Origin: a virus
Reading direction: 5' to 3' (one strand)
DNA length: 64,000 bases
IMG/VR virus record: IMGVR_UViG_3300021961_000054
Location: 1-64,000 of that record
How positions within the stretch are numbered: position 1 is the stretch's first letter; every line of letters begins with the position of its first letter. Below, piece after piece: positions 41,969-50,356 of this stretch. The notes beneath the pieces were generated by a model. That model made no database searches, was not told the origin of the DNA, and was given only the letters and a program-made list of their open reading frames with translations. Position numbers and translations under genes: made by a program.

Positions 41969-43066
41969 TTAATTACATAAATTACCAGTAACATCAATTT
42001 CCAGTAATGGCCCACCTGGGAAACTAGTTTGCACTGGTGTAGTCGCTGAACAAAGAATTATTGTGTCTCCTTTATTAATAACCCCAGATATATTACCAGT
42101 ACAATCAGAGAATTCAAAACTAATTCCAATTTGGTTACCATTGTATATATGATACTCATTTAAAATACAAGGAGCTTCAGTTGTGGTAGTTGTTGTTGTC
42201 GAAGTTGAAGTCGAAGTTGTTGTTGTTTGAGGAGGTGGACACTCTAAACAAGCACCATCTTTCTCTAAACCAATCTCATACAAAACCTTAATATTGTCTA
42301 TACCACTTATATTATCGGCTAAACCAAGGAATGTAGCACATGTCGTATATGAATTAGTTAACGTATTAATCTGAATCTTGTAAACGACCCCCTGATTAAT
42401 TATGGTATTTTCAGCAATTAAATTTAAGACCTCTGATGTATAATACTCAAAACCATTAAAACAATCCTTAAACACTTTTGTATTACCACATCTCATATAC
42501 TCATCAAATATGTTAAATGTGACAATACCATCGAAAATACATTTACGATTAATTGTTGTTGTTGTAGTTGTTGTTGGAACAAATGTTGTAGTAGTTGTTG
42601 TATATGTTATAGCAGAATAACTAATAGAAACACCGCTACATAAATCTGGAGGTATTGTAGTTGTTGTAGTTGTTGTAGTTGTTGCAGATGTTGTCGTGGT
42701 AGTTGTTGGAACAATACAATCAAAGATTGCGTCAAAATCAAAGACATCACAAGGTGAAGTTGTTGTAGTTGTAGTTGTAGGACAAGCACCAGAGGAGCTA
42801 GCAACAAGGGATATACCGTCCCAAAAGTCAGGACATACCGAGAAACTATTTAAAGGACCAAATTGATCACAAGTCCCGCCCAATGAACTTGATAAACACC
42901 ATAGATTTTCAGTTACCCCAGTGCTAAAATAAATAAAATAAGATGATGTTATACCAGTATAGTAATTGTATCCATTGTATGTACCACCAGAAAGGAATAC
43001 ATCATCATATACGTATCCAGTATTAAATATACAAACAGTACTTCCAGTACAAGTAAAAGACATCAA
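41969..43066 (-). CDS. Cys-rich protein with four to five poly-Thr tracts, probable virion accessory protein
   Basis: ORF track; Cys-containing modules separated by TTTTTT linkers. Confidence 0.75.
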   Translation of the reverse strand: MMSFTCTGSTVCIFNTGYVYDDVFLSGGTYNGYNYYTGITSSYFIYFSTGVTENLWCLSSSLGGTCDQFGPLNSFSVCPDFWDGISLVASSSGACPTTTTTTTSPCDVFDFDAIFDCIVPTTTTTTSATTTTTTTTTIPPDLCSGVSISYSAITYTTTTTTFVPTTTTTTTINRKCIFDGIVTFNIFDEYMRCGNTKVFKDCFNGFEYYTSEVLNLIAENTIINQGVVYKIQINTLTNSYTTCATFLGLADNISGIDNIKVLYEIGLEKDGACLECPPPQTTTTSTSTSTTTTTTTEAPCILNEYHIYNGNQIGISFEFSDCTGNISGVINKGDTIILCSATTPVQTSFPGGPLLEIDVTGNLCN

Positions 43067-43284
43067 ACATTAATTATTTCATTTATTTCACAACTATTAT
43101 CATCAATAACTCTTAGTGTAAAATTTCCAGAGTTAGTCAGTAATGTAGGAACTTCAAAAGTGTAGGGAAAGTCACCAGGTGTTATTGTATTTACATAAAT
43201 ACAAGTTGTATATCCAGTATCACAAACATAAACATTAAATGGTGTTTGGCCTGAAATATCGTTAATAATAACATCTGTTGGCAT
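43063..43284 (-). CDS. Small structural protein, paralogue of 34120..34416
   Basis: Direct similarity to the 98-aa protein; minus-strand TATTTAT at 43301..43307 upstream. Confidence 0.7.
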   Translation of the reverse strand: MPTDVIINDISGQTPFNVYVCDTGYTTCIYVNTITPGDFPYTFEVPTLLTNSGNFTLRVIDDNSCEINEIINV

Positions 43285-43360
43285 TATCTATCTTTTTATG
43301 ATAAATATAGAAAACTAAAAAAACTTGTATAGTTGATAATATAAAATATTATTATTAATC

Positions 43361-43392
43361 TTTGGTTTTTTAAAAAAAAATACATATATTTG
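43361..43392 (+). promoter_or_regulatory. Bacteroidota-type sigma-70 promoter (TTTG-N20-TATATTTG)
   Basis: TTTG at 43361..43364, TATATTTG at 43385..43392, 20-nt spacer; matches the -33/-7 consensus. Confidence 0.7.
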
Positions 43393-43430
43393 TCCTATAA
43401 TTTTAAAATTGAATAAATAACTGATAATAT

Positions 43431-43952
43431 ATGTTTGATGTAAAGGATTATTTTAATAAAAATAGAAGAGATCACTATTGGAAACCAAATAAAGAAAAAT
43501 ATAAAAGATTCTTTAGGAGAAAATTAATGGAATTAAAAATTGCAATTGATTTAAAAACATTAGAATCTGATTTAAAGTTAGACACTTATAGATCCCTAGG
43601 TTATATGGGAATTGGAACACAAAGTGGATTAAGTCTTGGAATAAAAACGGAAGATGTGATAAAAACTAAGAAAAAATTGGCTGATCATGTAATTGGTACA
43701 GTCCAAATTGGTACGTTTATACATAGCGAGTGTGAAAAATATAATTGGGATTATGATTATATGGTCGACACATGGTTATATGATAATCTTTGGATTTGGG
43801 CTACAATTTTTGTATCTAAAAATGAACATAAAAACGAAAACATTAGAATTAACGCAGATACTATCGAAGATAAAAGATTCTTAAGACACTATTTAAATGT
43901 TTCCGATTTTTACGAATCAAAATTAAATGGTAAAAAATTAATATTTGATTAA
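43431..43952 (+). CDS. Hypothetical protein (173 aa)
   Basis: ORF downstream of the host-type promoter. Confidence 0.7.
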   Translation: MFDVKDYFNKNRRDHYWKPNKEKYKRFFRRKLMELKIAIDLKTLESDLKLDTYRSLGYMGIGTQSGLSLGIKTEDVIKTKKKLADHVIGTVQIGTFIHSECEKYNWDYDYMVDTWLYDNLWIWATIFVSKNEHKNENIRINADTIEDKRFLRHYLNVSDFYESKLNGKKLIFD

Positions 43953-43979
43953 TTAAAATATTTCATATAATATGTCTTA

Positions 43980-44882
43980 ATGGAAGAAGAAGAGGCAATA
44001 GTTGAACTATTAGAAGAAATACTAGGAGATTATGGACTACATTACTCAAATAAAGGACAGATATCCTTTAATTGTCCAGTTTGTGATGAAGGTAGAGGAA
44101 AACATAATTTAGAAATCAACTATATTTCAAACGTATATAAATGCTGGAGTTGTGGTGAAATAGAAGGAACACATGGTAGTTTAGGTAAACTATTTGATAA
44201 GTTTGGAACTAAAAAACAAAAAAAGTTATTTAATATTCTAAAACCAGATCAAGTAGAAACAAAAAAACAAAAAAAGAAACCAAAGTTAGTTATTCCGGAA
44301 AGCTATACCAAATTTAAAGACTCTAGCCCTATATACCCAGTTAGAAGACAGGCGTATAACTACCTTAAAAGTCGTGGAATAACTGATGAAATAATTGAAA
44401 AATTTGACATTGGTTTTTGTGACAAAGGAAGTCATATTGGAAGAATTATAGTCCCTTCTTACAATAAAAAGGGTGAGTTAAATTATTATGTTGGTAGAAG
44501 TTGGGACATAAAAAGTAAGGCCAAATATAGAAATCCTGAAGCAGAAAAAGATCAAATAATTTTTTGGGAAAACCTAATTGATTGGAACAAAGATATATAC
44601 CTTGTTGAAGGGGCTTTTGATGGGATGTTTTTAGATAACCCAGTTGTGATGCTTGGAAAACATATGTCAGAACTTCTTTTTGAAACAATATATAATAATG
44701 CAAAAGGAAATGTTATAATTTGTTTAGATGGTGATGCCTGGAGTAACGCTGTTAAATTATATCATGAACTTAATGGGGGCGAATTATGGGGTAGAGTTAA
44801 AATCGTAAAATTACCAAAAGATCAGGATGTTTGTGACCTTAAAGGACAAATAGATGATTATTATTTTGAAATAAAGGACTAA
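43980..44882 (+). CDS. DNA primase (Zn finger + TOPRIM)
   Basis: FNCPVC..YKCWSC zinc finger, YLKSRGI, RIIVP, KYRNP, YLVEGAFD, ICLDGDA. Confidence 0.9.
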   Translation: MEEEEAIVELLEEILGDYGLHYSNKGQISFNCPVCDEGRGKHNLEINYISNVYKCWSCGEIEGTHGSLGKLFDKFGTKKQKKLFNILKPDQVETKKQKKKPKLVIPESYTKFKDSSPIYPVRRQAYNYLKSRGITDEIIEKFDIGFCDKGSHIGRIIVPSYNKKGELNYYVGRSWDIKSKAKYRNPEAEKDQIIFWENLIDWNKDIYLVEGAFDGMFLDNPVVMLGKHMSELLFETIYNNAKGNVIICLDGDAWSNAVKLYHELNGGELWGRVKIVKLPKDQDVCDLKGQIDDYYFEIKD

Positions 44883-45160
44883 TGGATATAAATTTAGAAG
44901 CAAACAAATTTTTATTTGAACTCAAAGTGGGGGAAGGGTATAATGACATTGTAGTAATAAAAAGAACCAAAAAAAGAATATACTTTTCAAACAATATCAT
45001 AGTTCATATAAAAAAACTTGAGAATGGGTTATTATATCTTGACTCAAAATTAAACAATAAAAAGTACCCAATAATCAACCAAGTATTAAGAGATATTGAA
45101 GGTTGGTTGGTTTATAAAAAACTTACAGAAAATTATGGATTTAAAAAAAGTAGCAAATGA
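44882..45160 (+). CDS. Hypothetical protein (92 aa)
   Basis: TAATG-coupled to the primase. Confidence 0.65.
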   Translation: MDINLEANKFLFELKVGEGYNDIVVIKRTKKRIYFSNNIIVHIKKLENGLLYLDSKLNNKKYPIINQVLRDIEGWLVYKKLTENYGFKKSSK

Positions 45161-46001
45161 ATTGCGTCAAATTTTAGATAGAAAACGGGAAAATTTCCGA
45201 TTATCCTTTGAGGAGGATACACACAAATACACAATGTTAGACGTTGATGGGGAGTTAAAATCGGACTTCCCATCAGTATCTAAAGTAATGAAATTATTTT
45301 ATGATGAATTTCCCGCAGATAAAAAAGCTTTTGAAATGGCGGGAGGAGACCCAGATGAAACTGAAAGAATTTTAGCAGAATGGGCCGAAAAAGGAAGGAT
45401 ATCTACAAGCACAGGATCTAGAGTTCATTATTTTTTGGAAGAACATACCTTACAAGAATTTGATATTGATAAAGAAGTTAGACAACCAATTTTTGATTGT
45501 GATGCAGAACAAGTTGTTATTAGTGACACAATGATAACCGCTGGTAAAAGATATATTGATTTACTTAAGGAAAGGGGTTGTGTTTTACTAGATACTGAAA
45601 TTGTTTTAGGTCATCCAGAATTAGGATATACCGGACAACCTGATAAAGTTTGGGTTGTTGAAAGTGTTAATGGTGAACCAGGTCTACTAATCACAGACTG
45701 GAAAACAAATAAGGAAAAAAACTTTATAGTACAAAGATATATAAAACCAATGAGACCACCATTTGAGAACCTACCAAACAATGCCCTAGGTCACTATAAA
45801 ACACAACTTCCATTATATGGTAAGTTATTACTCAAAATGTTAGAAGGTACAAAATATGAAAATATACCATTACTAGGTTGTATCATTGTTAGGTTAACAG
45901 AAGATAGAGAATATGTCGAATATAGAGTTGATAAATCCACAATAAATACTATACTTAATATGGATATTAAACCAATGTTGAAAAAAATAAAAAATAAATA
46001 A
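45135..46001 (+). CDS. PD-(D/E)XK exonuclease (RecB/Cas4-like phage nuclease)
   Basis: FEEDTHKY, PSVS, GSRVHYFLE, TGQPD, ITDWKT, QLPLY; start more likely ATG 45135 than the track's 45096. Confidence 0.8.
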   Translation: MDLKKVANELRQILDRKRENFRLSFEEDTHKYTMLDVDGELKSDFPSVSKVMKLFYDEFPADKKAFEMAGGDPDETERILAEWAEKGRISTSTGSRVHYFLEEHTLQEFDIDKEVRQPIFDCDAEQVVISDTMITAGKRYIDLLKERGCVLLDTEIVLGHPELGYTGQPDKVWVVESVNGEPGLLITDWKTNKEKNFIVQRYIKPMRPPFENLPNNALGHYKTQLPLYGKLLLKMLEGTKYENIPLLGCIIVRLTEDREYVEYRVDKSTINTILNMDIKPMLKKIKNK

Positions 46002-46008
46002 TAATAAA

Positions 46009-46131
46009 ATGAGTGATAGACCAAAATGCGGATGTGGAAACACACAAAACCCAGAAGGTTATTGTGATGGATCACATTTAAAATTAGTAAAAGAAGAAAC
46101 AAATAAAGAAAAAGAAGAAAAAAAAGATTAA
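46009..46131 (+). CDS. Minimal CDGSH iron-sulfur protein (40 aa; not in track)
   Basis: Translated by hand: MSDRPKCGCGNTQNPEGYCDGSHLKLVKEETNKEKEEKKD; fills the gap between neighbours. Confidence 0.8.
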   Translation: MSDRPKCGCGNTQNPEGYCDGSHLKLVKEETNKEKEEKKD

Positions 46132-46134
46132 GTT

Positions 46135-46350
46135 ATGGAAGACATTATTAAACCAAGAATTGATTTAAAACAACAAGAAACTATAAAATGTGAAAAGTGT
46201 GAGTCAAAATTCTTTAAAGAAGTCACAATGCTTAAAAAGGTACCAAAATTATTAACAGGATCCCAAGAAGATACACTAGTACCATTCCCAACTTATATGT
46301 GCAATGAGTGTGGACACGTAAATAAAGATTTTGAACTTTTTATTGATTAA
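46135..46350 (+). CDS. Zinc-ribbon protein
   Basis: CEKC...CNECGH. Confidence 0.75.
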   Translation: MEDIIKPRIDLKQQETIKCEKCESKFFKEVTMLKKVPKLLTGSQEDTLVPFPTYMCNECGHVNKDFELFID

Positions 46351-46352
46351 AA

Positions 46353-46499
46353 ATGGAAGTTGGAAAAATGACAATAAGTGAAGCCTATAAACATTTACAA
46401 CCAATTGCTAATGCATATGGTTTAAGGTTAAATAGAGTTAAAGATTTTAGATTTGCAAGACTAGTTTTAGTAAACCTCTATAATAGGGAACTAATATGA
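46353..46499 (+). CDS. Small hypothetical protein (48 aa; not in track)
   Basis: MEVGKMTISEAYKHLQPIANAYGLRLNRVKDFRFARLVLVNLYNRELI; ATGA overlap with next ORF. Confidence 0.65.
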   Translation: MEVGKMTISEAYKHLQPIANAYGLRLNRVKDFRFARLVLVNLYNRELI

Positions 46500-46600
46500 A
46501 AAAAATATTAAATTATATAAAAAAATGGTGGAAAAGACATATAGTTGATGTTTGTCCACCACACTTAGAGGACGATGAATTTTCCAATAAGTACAGATAA
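46496..46600 (+). CDS. Small hypothetical protein (34 aa; not in track)
   Basis: MKKILNYIKKWWKRHIVDVCPPHLEDDEFSNKYR; coupled start. Confidence 0.6.
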   Translation: MKKILNYIKKWWKRHIVDVCPPHLEDDEFSNKYR

Positions 46601-47424
46601 TAATAAACAAATTAAAAATTAAAAAATGGGAAATTTTATTTATTCTAGGGTGACTATTGAACCTTCAGAAGCGATGGACAAAATTTGTGGTATGATTGAA
46701 AATATGCCAAAATCCGAGTATGGAAAAGAAACAACAACAGTTGTTAAAACATTTTATACCGAAGAAGAATTAAAAAAACCATATAATAATGGTGAGGCAG
46801 AATATCCAATAACAGATACTGGGGTAAATCACGGATGGTTATATGATAACGTTGGTACTAAATGGATTAGTGTTGGTGTTGACGATGATATTAGAATTGA
46901 GTCACCAAGTTACATACCTGATGGATTTCTTATTAAATTATATAGTCTATGTATAAATGAGTTTGAAAATGTTAGTGTGACCTGTAAATGGTACGATGAA
47001 ACAGAAACTCAATGTGGTACCGCTTTAGTTTGGAATGGTATTTACACTGAAGACGAGGAAACTTTAGAAGGTGAGAATATTTCTGATCCTATTTATGAGG
47101 TTATAGGTGAAGAAGATATTGACGAGATTAAAGAATGGGTTTTAAGTCAAATTAATGATAACTCATATACTAAACCAGAAGAAGTTGAGTCTATGAATGA
47201 AGAGGAACTTCGTTATCTATTTGAAGATTGGAAAAATCAGGGTAAATGGGACCACATTACTGATCGTCAACAATCTATGTATTATTCTTGTGAAGAAGCA
47301 ATTGAAACTGAAGATTTCGAGTTCCCAATATCAAAAGTTAAAAAAATCGCAAATATGAAATATGAAATGGTAACAGATTGTTATCCTTTTTAATAAACAA
47401 ATTAAAAATTAAAAAAATGGGAAA
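46601..47424 (+). repeat. 33/34-bp direct repeat bracketing one gene
   Basis: TAATAAACAAATTAAAAATTAAAAAA(A)TGGGAAA at 46601..46633 and 47391..47424. Confidence 0.85.
46626..47393 (+). CDS. Acidic protein with possible YubB/DUF1281 ferredoxin-like domain
   Basis: GWLYDNVGTKW resembles the WxxxNWGTKW signature. Confidence 0.5.
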   Translation: MGNFIYSRVTIEPSEAMDKICGMIENMPKSEYGKETTTVVKTFYTEEELKKPYNNGEAEYPITDTGVNHGWLYDNVGTKWISVGVDDDIRIESPSYIPDGFLIKLYSLCINEFENVSVTCKWYDETETQCGTALVWNGIYTEDEETLEGENISDPIYEVIGEEDIDEIKEWVLSQINDNSYTKPEEVESMNEEELRYLFEDWKNQGKWDHITDRQQSMYYSCEEAIETEDFEFPISKVKKIANMKYEMVTDCYPF

Positions 47425-47617
47425 AAAACTAATATGGTTTGAGTCTTACACTGTAATCAATAAGTACTCAGCAGAATTAACGGATGAACAAGCTAAACTA
47501 TTTGAAGAAGATCAAGATAGATTTTACGATGAAGTTGATTATATGGAAAACCAAGACTTAGAATGGGATAAAATTAAAAACGAAGAAATGTACGATTTTA
47601 CTATTGAGGAGGATTAA
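47417..47617 (+). CDS. Acidic hypothetical protein (66 aa)
   Basis: True start probably ATG 47417 within the repeated start region. Confidence 0.7.
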   Translation: MGKKLIWFESYTVINKYSAELTDEQAKLFEEDQDRFYDEVDYMENQDLEWDKIKNEEMYDFTIEED

Positions 47618-47619
47618 TT

Positions 47620-47916
47620 ATGTTTGAAGTTATTGGTTATATCACAGTATTCGCAATTTTAGCTGGATTAATCATCCTACAATATTCTTTAATGTCTTTA
47701 GGTTTATATAAGAAAAACTTAAATAATATTGAAAACGCAATTGGGTGGATACCACTACTACCATTTATATTAATGATTGTTGTTGGATTTTCATATATCT
47801 TAATATCTATTTTTAGACAATTAAAAATGTGGTTTGAAATTAATTGGGGTTGGATTTTTATTAAAAGAAAAAAAAGATCAGTTTGGGCCGAGTACATAAG
47901 AAAAAAATATAAATAA
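47620..47916 (+). CDS. Membrane protein (2 TM)
   Basis: Two long hydrophobic stretches and a basic C-terminus. Confidence 0.7.
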   Translation: MFEVIGYITVFAILAGLIILQYSLMSLGLYKKNLNNIENAIGWIPLLPFILMIVVGFSYILISIFRQLKMWFEINWGWIFIKRKKRSVWAEYIRKKYK

Positions 47917-47917
47917 A

Positions 47918-48136
47918 ATGTTAAGTTATAAAGAATTTTATATTTGGTTAGAAGGATATCTATATGGAAAGTTGGAAAACAAAAATATAGATATCACACC
48001 TATTGTGGAAAAAATGGGACAAGTAAAGGAAGATAAAGTGGTAAACACCCAAAGACCAATGAATATTCCAATGCCTATAAACCCATTTAAGTTTGAAGAT
48101 GATGATTTAGGAAAACCACCAAAAATAGTAATGTAA
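47918..48136 (+). CDS. Hypothetical protein (72 aa)
   Basis: EFYIWLEGYL N-terminus; coupled to next gene. Confidence 0.7.
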   Translation: MLSYKEFYIWLEGYLYGKLENKNIDITPIVEKMGQVKEDKVVNTQRPMNIPMPINPFKFEDDDLGKPPKIVM

Positions 48137-48915
48137 TGATTAAAACCTTAGTTCACTTTTCAGATTTACATATTAGACTATTCAAAGATCACGACCTTTA
48201 TAGGTCAATTATGGATAATGCAATTACTCAATGGAAAGAGATTAAACCAGACCGTATTGTGTTTACAGGTGATTTAGTGCACTCAAAAAACCAAATGACA
48301 CCAGAGTTAATCGAAATTGTTTCATGGTTATTAGTTGAATGTTCAAAAATAACAAAAACAATAGTAATACCAGGAAACCACGATGCTGTAATAAATAACT
48401 TAGATAGATTAGACGCACTAACACCAATAATTAATTCTTTAGATAATAACAATATTGTCTATTACAAAGATAGAGGGGTATATGAAGACGAAAATATAAG
48501 TTGGTGTGTATATTCACAATTCCAAGCTAATATTCCACCAGACTTAAATGTCGCAACCGGGATTAAAATTGGTTTATTTCATGGGCCAATACAAGGAATG
48601 AAAACAGATCTTGGTTATGACTTTGGTGATCACGCTTATGATATTGAGAAGTTTGATGGGTTAGATGTTGTTCTTTGTGGTGACATACATAAAAGACAAG
48701 AGTTTAATATAAAAAATGGAAAAGGTTATATGATTGGATCAACAATACAACAAAATATTGGAGAAGCTATTGAAAGACATGGATATGGTATATACGATGT
48801 TGAAACAAAAGAATATAATTATGTTGATTTGTTTAATCCTAAACCATTTTTAAAATTTGAAATCAAATCTTTTGATGACATAATAAATGGTACTGAAAAA
48901 CTTAAAAACATTTAA
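48136..48915 (+). CDS. sbcD: SbcD/Mre11/gp47-like metallophosphoesterase nuclease
   Basis: HFSDLH, FTGDLVH, PGNHD, LFHG, CGDIHKRQ, GSTIQQNIGE. Confidence 0.85.
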   Translation: MIKTLVHFSDLHIRLFKDHDLYRSIMDNAITQWKEIKPDRIVFTGDLVHSKNQMTPELIEIVSWLLVECSKITKTIVIPGNHDAVINNLDRLDALTPIINSLDNNNIVYYKDRGVYEDENISWCVYSQFQANIPPDLNVATGIKIGLFHGPIQGMKTDLGYDFGDHAYDIEKFDGLDVVLCGDIHKRQEFNIKNGKGYMIGSTIQQNIGEAIERHGYGIYDVETKEYNYVDLFNPKPFLKFEIKSFDDIINGTEKLKNI

Positions 48916-49577
48916 TGGAATTACCTAAAGATTTAAAAGACAAAATTTGGAATTATTGTCGTTTAAATGATATTACTGATTTGAATGATTTTATGATTAA
49001 AACACTTAAAAAAGGTTTTGATATCGAAGTCTATGGACTTTTAGGTGAAACTAATAATGATGGTGAAAACTTGGTTGAAAAGGAGATAATAGTTGAAAAA
49101 CGAGTGGAAATCCCGGTCGAAGTAATCAAAGAAGTTGAAAAAGTGGTAGAAGTTATCAAAGAGATACCAGTTGATAGGGTGGTTGAAAAAGAAATTTATA
49201 TCACAGATGACAACCAAATAAATGAACTAGTTGGAAAGGTCAGTAATCTAGAGGAAAATATTTTCCAGTTAAATCAAGAAATTGAATCGGAACGTAAAAT
49301 TTTTTCCACTAAGGTAGAAGAGATGGAAATTTTTTTCCAAAAAGAAATGTCTAAAAAGAATGAAGAATTAGACGAACTTAGACAAAGTTTAGACATTAAG
49401 TTAGACGATAACAAAGAAAAAATGCTACAGGATACACTACAAAAACTAAGAAAAGAACTATTAGATAAGAATAAAAAAATAGAAGAATTACAAAACATAA
49501 ACAAAGATTTACAATTATTAAACACACAGAAAAAAGGGTTTTATATGCGTGGATCAAATTTAAATGATACATTATGA
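48915..49577 (+). CDS. Coiled-coil protein with V/E/K/P repeats
   Basis: VEKRVEIPVEVIKEVEKVVEVIKEIPVDRVVEKE followed by a long coiled coil. Confidence 0.7.
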   Translation: MELPKDLKDKIWNYCRLNDITDLNDFMIKTLKKGFDIEVYGLLGETNNDGENLVEKEIIVEKRVEIPVEVIKEVEKVVEVIKEIPVDRVVEKEIYITDDNQINELVGKVSNLEENIFQLNQEIESERKIFSTKVEEMEIFFQKEMSKKNEELDELRQSLDIKLDDNKEKMLQDTLQKLRKELLDKNKKIEELQNINKDLQLLNTQKKGFYMRGSNLNDTL

Positions 49578-49924
49578 CACAATTATTAATTTTTATTTTA
49601 GCCGCCTATGGGATGACAACTATACTAGTATATGGGTCAATATTTAATAACCTTAGAGAATCTATACATAGATGGGGTAATAGTGACTATATGGCTTTTA
49701 ATGGTCTTGGTAAATTCCTATCAGGTCTTATTTCTTGTGTGTTATGCACCTCAGCATGGGTTGGATTCTTTTTTTCTTTAACAATGTTTTCACCAATACA
49801 TCATTTTATTGGACTTAATGAATGTTTTTCAGTATTCTTTGATGGAATGCTATCAGCAGGTTCCGTATGGGCAATAAATGGAATAATTGAATGGTTTGAA
49901 GAAAATAGACCAAGTAGTAATTAA
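49574..49924 (+). CDS. DUF1360-like membrane protein
   Basis: Three hydrophobic segments and LISCVLCTSAWVG (CxxCxxxW). Confidence 0.6.
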   Translation: MTQLLIFILAAYGMTTILVYGSIFNNLRESIHRWGNSDYMAFNGLGKFLSGLISCVLCTSAWVGFFFSLTMFSPIHHFIGLNECFSVFFDGMLSAGSVWAINGIIEWFEENRPSSN

Positions 49925-49943
49925 TTAACAAAAATAAATAAAA

Positions 49944-50348
49944 ATGGGAAAAAAAGCAAAAGAACATAGAAAAAAAGTCGCTAAAAGAAATCAAAGAATT
50001 TCACAACAAAGGTATTCAGCACAAAACGCATTAACAAAAATGATGGAGCAAATGGCAAAAATGCAAGATAGTGAAAATTTAAACGTTAATGCTGGAGGTA
50101 AAGAGGTACCATTTGAATTTGTTGCAGAACCTGAATCTTCTGGAATAAAAGGATTTGAACTTAGCGATGAACCAGTAGTTAAACACGATGGAATGACATA
50201 TAATCCAGAAAATCCAATTGAAACACTAAAAGTAGATGAGGTTGAACCAGAATTTGATAGTGCTGGATTTAGTATTGAAGATAGAGAGATTGATATTGAC
50301 ATTGATATGCCAGGTGAGTTTGTTAAAGTTAAAGATAGTAATGACTAA
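49944..50348 (+). CDS. Hypothetical protein (basic N-terminus, acidic C-terminus)
   Basis: ORF track. Confidence 0.7.
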   Translation: MGKKAKEHRKKVAKRNQRISQQRYSAQNALTKMMEQMAKMQDSENLNVNAGGKEVPFEFVAEPESSGIKGFELSDEPVVKHDGMTYNPENPIETLKVDEVEPEFDSAGFSIEDREIDIDIDMPGEFVKVKDSND

Positions 50349-50356
50349 TAGTTCTT

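Noticed and set aside
45135-46001. CRISPR-associated Cas4
   Set aside because: Lacks the four-Cys Fe-S motif and has no cas neighbours; treated as a generic PD-(D/E)XK exonuclease.
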